DNA of 57,196 nt from an uncultured Bacilli bacterium (GTDB taxonomy: Bacteria > Bacillota_I > Bacilli_A > RF39 > UBA660): NCBI GenBank assembly GCA_944363915.1, contig CALVVR010000003.1, positions 1 to 57,196 of the forward strand, written 5' to 3'. Position 1 is the first letter of the stretch; the number at the start of each line of letters is the position of its first letter. The notes below the pieces were generated by a model, which did no database searches, had not been told where the DNA came from, and saw nothing but the letters and a program-made list of their open reading frames with translations. Both the position numbers and the translations under genes were made by a program. This document shows positions 40,633 through 51,562 of this stretch, piece by piece.

Positions 40633-41206
40633 AATTTTTACTTACTTTATTAAAATCAATAATTGAAAAAAAATTATTTATATAAACATTTCGCTCATTT
40701 TGATAATCTAAATAATAAGCATGTTCCCATAAATCTAAATTCATAATTGGAACTAAACCATAAGAATAAGGTGTATCTTGATTAGAAACATTAATAATTT
40801 CTAACATTTTATCTTTATTTAAAACTAAAAATGTATAGCCAGAACCAACTAATAAGTTAGCCGCTTTAATAAATTCTGCTTTAAAATTATTAAACGATCC
40901 AAAATCCTCATCGATTTTATTTTTAAAATCTTCACTCATTTCACCATAACCTAAAATATTAAAAAACAATTCATGATTTAAAACACCACCTAAATTAAAT
41001 AAAATATTATCACGTTCTTCGATTGGAAACATATCGATATTTTTAACTAATTCTTCTTTTGAATATTCGTAATTATATTTACTTAATAAATTATTCAAAT
41101 TATCCAAGTATTTTTTATAATGTTTATTATAATGAATATTCATTGTATAACTACTAATATATGGTTCATAAGCATCATAGCTTTCGATATCAATACTAGA
41201 ATACAT
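40604..41206 (-). CDS. sodA: Fe/Mn superoxide dismutase
   Basis: HYNKHY, GGVLNHELFF, DLWEHAYYLDYQN. Confidence 0.9.
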   Translation of the reverse strand: MYSSIDIESYDAYEPYISSYTMNIHYNKHYKKYLDNLNNLLSKYNYEYSKEELVKNIDMFPIEERDNILFNLGGVLNHELFFNILGYGEMSEDFKNKIDEDFGSFNNFKAEFIKAANLLVGSGYTFLVLNKDKMLEIINVSNQDTPYSYGLVPIMNLDLWEHAYYLDYQNERNVYINNFFSIIDFNKVSKNYEKEIQKNI

Positions 41207-41280
41207 AATATCCCTCCTTTAATATTTTATTTGATTTTCATAACTTTATTCTATCTTTCATATATTATATTGGTGATTAT

Positions 41281-41535
41281 ATGAAAGAAAGATTAATTAG
41301 TGAATATATTAACCGTATGACATTAGATGATGTTAATAATTTTGCTATAAAAAATGGTATTATTTTAAAAGAAGATGAAGTAAGATTAATTTATAATCAT
41401 ATTAAATCTGATTGGCGAACAATCGTATTTGGTAATCCAAGAGGTATTTTAGATGACTTAAAAAACAAATTAGATAATACTAGTTATCAAAAAATTGAAA
41501 CTTTATATATTTATTTTAAAAATCGTTATTTATAA
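41281..41535 (+). CDS. YqfT/DUF2624-like small protein
   Basis: Convergent with nfo as in B. subtilis; SigE-like TCATAACT-N13-CATATATT upstream. Confidence 0.6.
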   Translation: MKERLISEYINRMTLDDVNNFAIKNGIILKEDEVRLIYNHIKSDWRTIVFGNPRGILDDLKNKLDNTSYQKIETLYIYFKNRYL

Positions 41536-42416
41536 TATTCTCTTATTTTGGAAATTAAATTTTCATCAAATTTTTTGTTTAAAATCATTGCTATTTCAAA
41601 CTTATAAGGTGGATACATTCTTTCTTTAGAATTATTGTCAATAGAAATATAAGGCGTTTCTAATATTTTGGGAACGTCTTTTAATTTATCGTGATAAATT
41701 ATTTTAATTAAGTTATTGAATCCTATGGTCCCAAAACCGATATTTTCATGGCGATCTTTATGAGTATTGATTAAATTTTTACTATCATTAACATGAACAC
41801 ATTGCAAATATTTTAAGCCAATTATTTTATCGAATTCTTTTAAAATATTATCAAAATCACTTATATCATATCCCGCATCATTAATATGGCAAGTATCTAG
41901 GCATACTCCTAAATCGTAATTAACGCCATCAATTATTTGTTTTATTTCTTCAAAAGAACTACCTAATTCACTTCCTTTACCGGCCATTGTTTCTAAAAGA
42001 ATTGTCACTTTACTTTTTCCTACTTTATTTAAATTATCGATAATATTTTGAAGACCTTCTTCTTTAGTTAGTTTTACACTACTACCAGGATGTAGTACTA
42101 ATTTAGTCATTCCGAGTTTTTCCACTCTTTTTAATTCTTCTTTTAAAAAAGTAACTGCAAAATCATTATTGCTTGCCATGTTAATAATATAAGGAGCATG
42201 AACGATGACATTATTAATATCAATATTGTTTTTTATCATTAATTCTTTTCCTTCATTAGTTAGTTTATCATCTATTGGTTGACGATTAGTATTTTGTGGA
42301 GCTCCTGTATAAAACATAAAAGTAGTACTACCATAACTCAAAGCTTCATTAACACTTCCTACTAATTGTGTATCTTTTTTAAATGATACATGTGAACCTA
42401 TAATCAAATTAATCAT
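41526..42416 (-). CDS. nfo: Endonuclease IV
   Basis: IGSHVS, VHAPYIIN, LHPGS, LETMAGKG, CLDTCH, DRHENIG, ILETP. Confidence 0.97.
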   Translation of the reverse strand: MINLIIGSHVSFKKDTQLVGSVNEALSYGSTTFMFYTGAPQNTNRQPIDDKLTNEGKELMIKNNIDINNVIVHAPYIINMASNNDFAVTFLKEELKRVEKLGMTKLVLHPGSSVKLTKEEGLQNIIDNLNKVGKSKVTILLETMAGKGSELGSSFEEIKQIIDGVNYDLGVCLDTCHINDAGYDISDFDNILKEFDKIIGLKYLQCVHVNDSKNLINTHKDRHENIGFGTIGFNNLIKIIYHDKLKDVPKILETPYISIDNNSKERMYPPYKFEIAMILNKKFDENLISKIREYYK

Positions 42417-42497
42417 CTCCTATATTAATTATAATCGATATTTGTTTTAAAAACAAGAAGAGCAATCAAAAAAGTTATTGATACTTTCAATAACTTT

Positions 42498-43214
42498 TTA
42501 AAATCTAAATGTCTTTTGAAAACCTAAATCTTGTTTTCTTTGATAATCATTTATATCCACATCGTTAATTTTTAATTTGCCATCTTTATTAACATTGACA
42601 GAAAAAGCATTATTTTTCATTTGTTCGGTTCGAATAATTTTAGCTTTCTTTAAAGATCTAGAGACACGATAATCTTGGCCATCTTTACCATTACTTAAAA
42701 TAATACTATGGCTAGTAAGAAACGAAGCTTTAATATATTCCAATAAGAATTTTTTAAAAAGTTCTAATTTTTTAGCTTGAACAACAATTTCAGTCGTTCC
42801 TAATTTCTCACTAAATCTAAAAGGTGTACTTGGAGTGCTAATATTTAATCCCAACAAATCACTAACAATGTTAGAAACATTGTTACTAATAATTTGATTC
42901 CTATGTTCTACAACTTGATTTAAAGTCCATTTACGTTCTAAGATTTTTAATAAATCGTTTATTCTAGCAACACTTAATCGTTGTTGTTGATTACCATCAA
43001 CATCAGTTAATAAAATATCTAAATTATTTTCTTTTAAAACAGTTAAAAATGAAGAAACAATTTCAGCATTTTTATCCATAATATGACCACTAGAAATATT
43101 AACATAAACATTTTCTAAATCATTAATTAATAAGGCAACGGCATCTTTGCCATTATGATGAGCAAAATATAAATGATCTAGTGGATATGTTTTAACTTTA
43201 GGTATATTTTTCAT
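42498..43214 (-). CDS. Hypothetical protein
   Basis: 238-aa ORF with its own TTGACA/TATAAT promoter, GGGGG RBS and terminator; no recognised motif. Confidence 0.65.
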   Translation of the reverse strand: MKNIPKVKTYPLDHLYFAHHNGKDAVALLINDLENVYVNISSGHIMDKNAEIVSSFLTVLKENNLDILLTDVDGNQQQRLSVARINDLLKILERKWTLNQVVEHRNQIISNNVSNIVSDLLGLNISTPSTPFRFSEKLGTTEIVVQAKKLELFKKFLLEYIKASFLTSHSIILSNGKDGQDYRVSRSLKKAKIIRTEQMKNNAFSVNVNKDGKLKINDVDINDYQRKQDLGFQKTFRF

Positions 43215-43267
43215 AATTCTACCCCCAATGTGGAATTATAATAACATATTTTTTTTTAATTGTCAAC

Positions 43268-44305
43268 TTATTTTATATTGTAATGTAAGGCTTTATTGAT
43301 ACCATTACCAATAATTAAACTTAATTTTTCGATTAAAAAATCTACTTCTTTAGGTGTTACCATTAAATTAAAACCAATTGGCGTTAAAACTTCAAATAAT
43401 AATTGTTTAATTTCACTATCTTCTAATGTTCCGACTATCCCTAATAAAGTTTCTTTATCTTTTTTATTGAGTGTAAAATCTTTTTTTAAATAATTTGGAC
43501 TATAAACCATTAATTTATTTCGTGGATTATTAAAATTTAGTTTTGAATATGTATAATGTTTATACATATAATTAATCGTATCACTAACAATTGTAATTGC
43601 ATCAACAACAGTTGGTACACCAATTGCAATACAAGGTATTTTTAATGTTTCATAACTAATTTCTTTACGACTATTACCAATACCACTACCTGGATGAATT
43701 CCTGTATCAGTCATTTGAATAGTTTTGCTAACTCTTTCAATAGATTGACTAGCTAAAGAGTCAATTGCAATTAAAAAATCTGGTTTAAATTTATTTACTA
43801 AACTACTAATTACTTCACTTGTTTCTAAACCAGTTTGACCCATAACACCAGGTATTAATACTGAAACTCTTCGATAGCCATCGGTTACTTCACCCAATTC
43901 AAACAAATGATTAGTAACTAAAACATTATTAATAACTAACGGTCCCAAGGAGTCGGGAGTAGATTTAGAGTTTCCTAAACCAATTATTAAACAACTAGCT
44001 TCATTATTAATATTTAATTTATAAAGTAATTTAGTTAATTCATTACTAAATTTTTTTTCCACTATTTTACCATTATCGTAATCAGTAATATCATCAAATT
44101 CGATTGTAATATAATTTCCTGGCTTTTTATTTATCGTTTTACTTGCTTCTTCGTTAACGTTCACCTCGGTAATTTTTATTCCATCCTCAATTATTTCTTT
44201 TTGATTAATTCCCTTAATTTCCTTATTTGCAATTGCTTCGATTGCTAAATCAGTTCTAATCTTATAATTAGATAAATCAATATTGTGTCCCATAAATTTC
44301 ACCAA
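43268..44305 (-). CDS. gpr: Spore germination protease GPR
   Basis: RTDLAIEA, GLGN..STPDSLGP, AIDSLAS, GIHPGSGIGN, GVPTVVDA; likely start ATG at 44293. Confidence 0.95.
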   Translation of the reverse strand: MVKFMGHNIDLSNYKIRTDLAIEAIANKEIKGINQKEIIEDGIKITEVNVNEEASKTINKKPGNYITIEFDDITDYDNGKIVEKKFSNELTKLLYKLNINNEASCLIIGLGNSKSTPDSLGPLVINNVLVTNHLFELGEVTDGYRRVSVLIPGVMGQTGLETSEVISSLVNKFKPDFLIAIDSLASQSIERVSKTIQMTDTGIHPGSGIGNSRKEISYETLKIPCIAIGVPTVVDAITIVSDTINYMYKHYTYSKLNFNNPRNKLMVYSPNYLKKDFTLNKKDKETLLGIVGTLEDSEIKQLLFEVLTPIGFNLMVTPKEVDFLIEKLSLIIGNGINKALHYNIK

Positions 44306-44406
44306 TTATATTGTTAACTCATTTTAATCTTTTATACGAAAAGGGTTGCATTTTTAATAATAAAATGGTAAAATTAGTATGTTTTAAAGAGCTTGGAGGT
44401 GATATC

Positions 44407-44670
44407 ATGGCCAATATGAAAAATGCAAAGAAAAAAATTAAATCAATCGCTAAAGAAACTGTAAATAATAATAACTATACTGCTAGTATGAAAACAGCTT
44501 GCAAAAATGTAGAAAAAGCTATCAATGCTAAAGATAAAGATCAAGCAAGCGAAAAATTAAAAATAGCTATTAAGAGAATTGATAAAGCATCTCAAGCAGG
44601 CGCTATTAAGAAAAACAATGCTGCTCGTAATAAATCAAATTTAACTAAAAAAGTAAATGCAATGGAATAA
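44407..44670 (+). CDS. rpsT: 30S ribosomal protein S20
   Basis: MANMKNAKK...IDKA...KNNAARNKSNL; RBS GGAGG; divergent from gpr. Confidence 0.95.
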   Translation: MANMKNAKKKIKSIAKETVNNNNYTASMKTACKNVEKAINAKDKDQASEKLKIAIKRIDKASQAGAIKKNNAARNKSNLTKKVNAME

Positions 44671-44743
44671 TAACATTTACTTTTTTTATTAATTTTTTAA
44701 CGTAATTTATATTTTTTTTGATATAATTAAAATAGGTGAAAAT

Positions 44744-45646
44744 ATGAAAAATTTATTAAAATTAGTCCCTTTATTAATTATTTTGTTTTTAGTTTTAATT
44801 TTTCGTGATTCTATTACTAATTATATTATTGAAAAAATAATTTTTTCTAAAGAAATATACATAGAAACACCCAATCTATATTCTCTTGATTATGATTTTG
44901 AATATGTTCATAACACAGATGATTTTATTGCTGATAATAAACAGGAACTATTAAATATTTTATATACTTCTTTAAATAATGGCTATGATAACTTTTATTT
45001 TTATTGCCATTATGATAATTGTAAGGAAGATATTAATTCGGTAACGGCTGACGAAAATTTAATTAATATTAATAATTATATTCATCCTTATAACAGTTAT
45101 CGACGTGTATATATATCAACCAACACATTTGATAAAGTTGATATTCAAGTGGAAAAGTCATATACGACTGATAATATTAATTCAATTAATAAAAAAATAG
45201 ATGAAATAATCTCGGAAATAATTACTGATAATATGTCGGACAGAGAAAAAATAATTGCTTTTCATGATTACATTATTGATAATACTACTTATGATACTGA
45301 TTATGTTAATACTAATTTAAATGATATTGATAATCCTTCACATAAAGCATTGGGTCCTTTATTTTTTGGTAAAGCTTTATGCGGTGGTTATGCCGATGTT
45401 ATGGCGATATTTTTAAATAAATTAAATATTCCTAACTATCGTATATCTAATATTGATCATATTTGGAACTTCGTTTATTTAAATGAAAATTGGTATCATC
45501 TCGATTTGACTTGGAATGATCCTGTTACAAATACAGGAGATAATATAAGATTAGATACTTTTCTTTTAATAACAACCGAACAATTAGAAGAATTGAACAC
45601 TGGATTTCATAATTATAATAAATCTATTTATTTAGAAGCTCAATAA
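44744..45646 (+). CDS. Membrane-anchored transglutaminase-like protein
   Basis: FHDYII, ALCGGYA (Cys), HIWN (His), HLDLTW (Asp). Confidence 0.88.
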   Translation: MKNLLKLVPLLIILFLVLIFRDSITNYIIEKIIFSKEIYIETPNLYSLDYDFEYVHNTDDFIADNKQELLNILYTSLNNGYDNFYFYCHYDNCKEDINSVTADENLININNYIHPYNSYRRVYISTNTFDKVDIQVEKSYTTDNINSINKKIDEIISEIITDNMSDREKIIAFHDYIIDNTTYDTDYVNTNLNDIDNPSHKALGPLFFGKALCGGYADVMAIFLNKLNIPNYRISNIDHIWNFVYLNENWYHLDLTWNDPVTNTGDNIRLDTFLLITTEQLEELNTGFHNYNKSIYLEAQ

Positions 45647-45875
45647 AAAATCAAACTTTAAAGTAATGTAAAACCAATTGAAAACGATGTTTATATCATT
45701 ATTTACCAATTGGCTTTTTTTAAATCTAATGATAATTTAATTTTATATTTTGTTTAACCGAATAAAATATATTTTTCTTCTTTATTACTTTCATTTAAAT
45801 AATTATAACAAAATAAAAATGTAAGCACTTTTTGTGTTTACATTTTTTGTCAGTTAAATATTATAATTATATTTT

Positions 45876-46992
45876 TTATATTTCATACGGACTTGACCAA
45901 GTACCATTACCGGAGGTAATTATAGCATCGGCGTTGACATTAATAACTGCACGTACACCAAGCGAATTATTAACATTATAATTGTAGGCATGACTGCTTA
46001 CATCAAAAAACCAAACATTTGAACCGTCATATGGCGTTAATGTCCATTGATTTTGGGCTATATCTAAATATGAATCAGTTCCATTTGCCAAATTATATTC
46101 ATCTAATGTTATTAATCCTACTTTGGCTTGTTCAATTGATAAATTAGTTGTACAAGTGGTACGGGCTGATGAACTACTAATTGTTGTCTCACTACACCAT
46201 GTTTGATTAGTTATAATATCATTTCCTTTTAAACGATTATAAAAATAATCATTTAACCATTCTTTAACATGACTTCCATCCCAATTTTCGGCTGTACTAT
46301 TTGCTCCCCATGGTAGGGCTGTGACATTTTCATCAACAATCATTCTTACTGTTCCATCAGCATTAATTCCCATTATTCGCCATAAAAATCCTGAATACCA
46401 AATATAATTATTACTAGGATTCCCTTTGATATAACATCCATCCATATAACTATAGTTATTATCTCCTGGCGTTGTACAACCATTACCGGTTGTTGCTAAT
46501 TCTAGAAATTGTGTTAAAACTGTACTACTTATTGTATCTCCTACTAAACCAACATCTGGATCATCTGGTGCTATTTCACATTCTTCATCATCTATAGCAA
46601 ACGAACCATCGACACATAATGTAAAAGTATGACTATTACTTTCTACTACTAAATTAGTAACTTTTCCATTGCTATATGCTACTTCAGTAACACTAGCATT
46701 ACCTAAATTGATTATTGTTGATACTTCAGTAGTTGTTACTCCATCAGCACATATATCAGTTGTTCCATTTAACTGATTTTCCATTGCTGATGTCGCACAA
46801 TAATTATTAATACCACTATAGATCATACTAGCTTCTGAACGACCTGCAGATACACGTACATTTTCTACTACATTTAATATAATTGGTGTAGCTATTATAG
46901 CTACTATAGCTAGTATTATTATTACTGCTAATAATTCAATTAAGGTAAATCCCAATGTTGTCTTTTTTCTTTATTTTTAAATGGTTTCTCAT
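45876..46992 (-). CDS. Prepilin-leader surface protein with a DUF6273-like C-terminal domain; frameshifted in its leader
   Basis: G|FTLIELLAVIIILAIVA; NNYIWY...WRI...VKEWLN...VGLITLDEY...WTLTP...GVRAVI. The strong RBS and ATG at 46992 are out of frame by one base with the ORF starting at 46955. Confidence 0.8.
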
Positions 46993-47166
46993 TAGATATT
47001 CCTCCTTAAATTGTTCCTATATTTATTCATACTATGTATTGAATTTTTATTAGTGATTCACAATTTATTTTCATATTATTAATTATTTTTTAGTCATTAG
47101 TCAATAAATTAATTTTTAGCTAATAAAAAACCAAACATAATGTTTGATTTTTATGAATGAAAATAA

Positions 47167-48765
47167 TTAATTTTCAATTCGATTAAATAATAATTCTAAA
47201 TTTTTAATTTTTAAATCACTATCTAATTGATATTCTTCCCATTTAAACGGCTTTAACCCTAACATATTTTTAATTTTATCAGCACTACTTGGAATAAAAG
47301 GATTTAATAAATTAGATAAATTGGCCATTATATAAACACAAGTATAAGTTGTTTCATTAAATGCATTAATATCTTCTTTTACTTGAACCCAAGGTTGTCT
47401 TTCATCATAATATTTATTACCTAACGCAGCATAATCAATAATAGTATTAAGGGCTTGTTTTAATTCGCCATCTTCAATTAATTTACCAACTTCCTCATAA
47501 ATAGCTTTAGTACGAGCCATTATATCAACATCAATTTCAGCTCTTTTAATAACTCCATCAAATTTCTTATTGACAAATGATAAGTTACGATTAATAAAAT
47601 TACCAATTACCCCAACTAAAAATTTATTGTGATTTAATATTAAATCTGAAGATGAAAAATTAACATCTTTTTTTTCGGGTCCGTTAGCAATCATATAATA
47701 TCTAACAGTGTCTTTATTATAAGTTGCAACTAATTCGTCCATTGTAATTAAATTACCTTTGCTTTTGCTCATTTTTTCATCATTCATATTGACATATTCT
47801 GAGGAAATAATTTTTTTAGGTAATTGCCATTTAGGATTAATAGCATTCAATAAAGCCGGATAAATAACAGTGTGGAAAGTTATATTATCTTTACCATGAA
47901 CAAAATAAGTAATTAAATTTTCTTTATCAGTTAAAAATTCATCAAAATCAATATTACGATCTTTGCAAACTTTCATGCTAGCAGTTAAATAACCTAAAAC
48001 AGCTTCAATCCAAACATAGATTTTTTTATCTTCATAACCCTTAACTGGAACATCAACACCCCAAGATAGTTGTCTAGTTGTAGCACGATCGATCAAGCCC
48101 AAATTAAGATATTTTTTGGTTTCATTAATGGCATTTTTACGCCAATCATTTTCTCTATTAGCAACTAAATTCTCTAATAGTTTCTGAAAAGCAGACAATT
48201 TAAAATATAAATGTTTATTCTTCTTAATAACTGTAGGAGTACCACAAATTTTACAATGTTTATCTTTTAATTCTTTAGGATTAATTGGACTTAGGCAATC
48301 ATCACATTGTTCACCCATCGCATGACCACCACAATGAGGACAAATTCCAATTATCTCACGATCAGATAAATATTCGTTACATTTAGGGCAAAAATCTTGT
48401 TCATCTTCTTGCTCATAAATATAACCATTATTTAAAATAATTTTAAAAAATTCTTGAACTTGTTTTTTATGTTCTAAAGTCATTGTAGCAGTATAAAAAT
48501 CATATGAAAAATCTAAATTTTTAAAACTATTAGCAAATTCTTTATGATATCTTAAAGCAATACTTTCAGGTGTTACTCCTTCTTTTTTTGCTCTTACAGT
48601 TATTGGTGTACCATGACAATCAGTACCTGATACATAGATTACTCTATTACCACAGCCACGATGATATCTAGCTATTACATCAGCAGGTAATAAGGCAGCT
48701 AAATGACCAATGTGTAAAGAGTTATTTGCATAAGGCCAAGCTCCTCCTATCAATATATCTTTCAT
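47167..48765 (-). CDS. metG: Methionyl-tRNA synthetase (two-knuckle MetRS2 type, no C-terminal tRNA-binding domain)
   Basis: WPYAN..LHIGH, GTDCHG, four CxxC pairs, GKDN, KMSKS. Confidence 0.95.
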   Translation of the reverse strand: MKDILIGGAWPYANNSLHIGHLAALLPADVIARYHRGCGNRVIYVSGTDCHGTPITVRAKKEGVTPESIALRYHKEFANSFKNLDFSYDFYTATMTLEHKKQVQEFFKIILNNGYIYEQEDEQDFCPKCNEYLSDREIIGICPHCGGHAMGEQCDDCLSPINPKELKDKHCKICGTPTVIKKNKHLYFKLSAFQKLLENLVANRENDWRKNAINETKKYLNLGLIDRATTRQLSWGVDVPVKGYEDKKIYVWIEAVLGYLTASMKVCKDRNIDFDEFLTDKENLITYFVHGKDNITFHTVIYPALLNAINPKWQLPKKIISSEYVNMNDEKMSKSKGNLITMDELVATYNKDTVRYYMIANGPEKKDVNFSSSDLILNHNKFLVGVIGNFINRNLSFVNKKFDGVIKRAEIDVDIMARTKAIYEEVGKLIEDGELKQALNTIIDYAALGNKYYDERQPWVQVKEDINAFNETTYTCVYIMANLSNLLNPFIPSSADKIKNMLGLKPFKWEEYQLDSDLKIKNLELLFNRIEN

Positions 48766-48767
48766 TT

Positions 48768-51158
48768 TTATTCTCCTTTTATAACAATATTAACTAATTT
48801 TTTAGGAATTGTTATAACTTTAACAATTTCTTTATTTTCAATATATTTTTTTACATTTTCTAATTCTTTAGCTAAGTTTTCCATTTCTTCTTTAGAAGTA
48901 TTTATACTAACGCTAATTTTACCTCTTACTTTACCATTAACTTGGACAACCATTTCAAACATTTCTTCTTTTGTTTTTTCTTCATCATAACTTGGCCATG
49001 GTTCATAAGCGATTGTATCATTATGACCTAAGATATTCCATAACTCTTCAGTAACAAAAGGGATAATTGGATTTAATAATTTAAGTAAGTTATTAGCATA
49101 TTCTAATGGGAATACTTCTTCTTTATAAACTGCATTAACAAATATCATCATTTGACTAATAGCAGTATTAAAGTTTAATGTTTCATAATCTTGAGTAACT
49201 TTCTTTACAGTTTGATGATATATTTTTTCTAAGTTTTTATTTTCTTCATCTTTGATATTACCTTCGGTATATAAGCGATATACTCTTTCGATAAAACGAT
49301 GAGCACCAGCTACTCCTTGTTCACTCCAAGGTTTACTCATTTCAAGTGGTCCCATAAACATCTCATATAATCTTAATGTATCAGCACCATATTCGTTAAC
49401 TATATCATCAGGATTAATAACGTTACCTCTTGATTTACTCATTTTTTCGTTATTTGATCCTAAAATCATACCTTGATGAAATAGTTTTTGAAATGGTTCA
49501 GCAACACTGACAATTCCTTTTTCATATAAATAATGATTCCACATTCGTGAATACAATAAATGTCCTACAGCGTGTTCAGGTCCACCAATATATAAATCAA
49601 CTGGCATCCAATGAGCAATTAATTTTTTATCAGCAATTTCTTTATCATTATGTGGATCAATATATCTTAAGAAATACCAACTTGAACCAGCTGAACCTGG
49701 CATTGTTGATGTTTCTCTTTTACCTTTTATACCATTTACTTCGACATTAACCCAATCAGTAGCTTTTTCTAAAGGTGAAGCTCCATCTTTAGATGGACTA
49801 TAGTCTTCCAATTCTGGTAAAACTAAAGGTAAATTAGTTTCCAATATGTCTTGACCATTTTCTAGATGAATAATTGGAATTGGTTCACCCCAATATCTTT
49901 GACGAGCAAAAATCCATTCTCTTAAGCGATAGTTAATGTGTTTAGTTCCTAAATTATTTTCTTCTAACCAACTAATCATCTTATTAATGGCATCTTCTTT
50001 ATTTAAGCCATTTAGAAATTCAGAATTAATATGTATTCCATCACCAACATATGCTTCACGAGATATATCGCCACCTTCGATAACGGGGATAATTTCTAAA
50101 TTAAATTTTTTTGCAAATTCGTAATCTCTTTCATCATGGGCAGGAACGGCCATAATAGCTCCTGTTCCATAAGTAGCTAAAACATAATCTGATATCCAAA
50201 TAGGTATTTTTTTACCATTAACTGGATTAATAGCATAAGCACCTGTGAAAACACCAGTTTTTTCTTTATTTAATTCGGTTCTTTCTAAATCAGATTTAGA
50301 AGCACATATTTTTTTATATTCTGAAACTTGCTTTTTATATTCTTCAGTTGTGATTTTATCAACTAATTCATGTTCAGGAGCTAAAACACAATAAGTTGCT
50401 CCAAACAAAGTATCACATCTTGTTGTAAAAACAGTAAATTCATCTTCATTAACCTTAAATTTAACGTGAGCACCAACTGATTTACCAATCCAATTTTTTT
50501 GCATTTCTTTAGTTGATTCTGGCCAATCGATAGTATCTAATCCTGATAATAACTTTTCAGCATATTTAGGAATATCGATTACCCATTGTTTCATATTTTT
50601 ACGAATAACAGGGAATCCACCTCGTTCACTTTTACCATCGATTACTTCATCGTTGGCTAAAACTGTTCCAAGTTCTGGACACCAATTAACAGGCATTTCA
50701 ATTTGTTTAGCTAAACCATCTTTATATAATTCACTAAAAATCCACTGTGTCCATTTATAATAACTTGGATCACAAGTTGAAACTTCACGATCCCAATCAA
50801 ACGAAAAACCTAACATTTTTAATTGTTCTGTAAATGTAGCAATATTTTTTAAAGTAAATCCTTCCGGATGATTTCCGGTATTAATTGCATATTGTTCGGC
50901 AGGTAGACCAAAAGCATCAAAGCCCATTGGATGTAATACATTATATCCTTGCATTCGCTTCATTCTTGAAACAATATCAGTAGCAGTATATCCTTCGGGA
51001 TGACCAACATGCAATCCTTGCCCTGATGGATAAGGAAACATATCCAAAGCATAAAACTTAGGCTTACTAAAATCCCAGACATCAGTTTTAAAAGTTTTAT
51101 TTTCCTCCCAATATTCACGCCATTTTTTTTCTATTTCTTTTGTATTCATTATTGACAC
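48768..51158 (-). CDS. leuS: Leucyl-tRNA synthetase
   Basis: [43 protein letters not shown]. Confidence 0.98.
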   Translation of the reverse strand: MSIMNTKEIEKKWREYWEENKTFKTDVWDFSKPKFYALDMFPYPSGQGLHVGHPEGYTATDIVSRMKRMQGYNVLHPMGFDAFGLPAEQYAINTGNHPEGFTLKNIATFTEQLKMLGFSFDWDREVSTCDPSYYKWTQWIFSELYKDGLAKQIEMPVNWCPELGTVLANDEVIDGKSERGGFPVIRKNMKQWVIDIPKYAEKLLSGLDTIDWPESTKEMQKNWIGKSVGAHVKFKVNEDEFTVFTTRCDTLFGATYCVLAPEHELVDKITTEEYKKQVSEYKKICASKSDLERTELNKEKTGVFTGAYAINPVNGKKIPIWISDYVLATYGTGAIMAVPAHDERDYEFAKKFNLEIIPVIEGGDISREAYVGDGIHINSEFLNGLNKEDAINKMISWLEENNLGTKHINYRLREWIFARQRYWGEPIPIIHLENGQDILETNLPLVLPELEDYSPSKDGASPLEKATDWVNVEVNGIKGKRETSTMPGSAGSSWYFLRYIDPHNDKEIADKKLIAHWMPVDLYIGGPEHAVGHLLYSRMWNHYLYEKGIVSVAEPFQKLFHQGMILGSNNEKMSKSRGNVINPDDIVNEYGADTLRLYEMFMGPLEMSKPWSEQGVAGAHRFIERVYRLYTEGNIKDEENKNLEKIYHQTVKKVTQDYETLNFNTAISQMMIFVNAVYKEEVFPLEYANNLLKLLNPIIPFVTEELWNILGHNDTIAYEPWPSYDEEKTKEEMFEMVVQVNGKVRGKISVSINTSKEEMENLAKELENVKKYIENKEIVKVITIPKKLVNIVIKGE

Positions 51159-51499
51159 TCCTTTTTTAAATAATTTCCAATTAAACTATAACTAATTAAT
51201 ATTAATGGTATTAAAACAAGTAATCCGACTAATAATTGTAATAAAATATTGTCTACTAAAAATGTAGCTGTAAAAGCAATAGCTATTATTAAAGAATTAG
51301 TTAAACTAATAATGTGAATAAATTTTTTAATATTTATTTTATCAACATTTAATTTATAACGGTTAATAAAATACATAACTTGATTACTAGTTTTAAACTT
51401 ATCGTATTTCTTCTTTTGCAGAATAACTGTAAAAAAATAAAATAAGTAAACAATCAAAAAAGCAATAATAAAACTTATTAAGTATACCATAATATCCAC
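51149..51499 (-). CDS. Hypothetical 3-TM membrane protein
   Basis: Three hydrophobic segments; overlaps the leuS start. Confidence 0.7.
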   Translation of the reverse strand: MDIMVYLISFIIAFLIVYLFYFFTVILQKKKYDKFKTSNQVMYFINRYKLNVDKINIKKFIHIISLTNSLIIAIAFTATFLVDNILLQLLVGLLVLIPLILISYSLIGNYLKKECQ

Positions 51500-51562
51500 T
51501 CCAAACTATTTAATATTATATTATAAAATAAGATTAAATACAAGATTTATTAAAAAAATACA

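Noticed and set aside
45920-46050. Possible second DGR variable region in the DUF6273-like pilin (Asn/Tyr-rich YNYNVNNS...GVRAV)
   Set aside because: Only mildly GC-enriched, with many A-ending codons and no GC tract or adjacent GAAA hairpin; at most a decayed VR.
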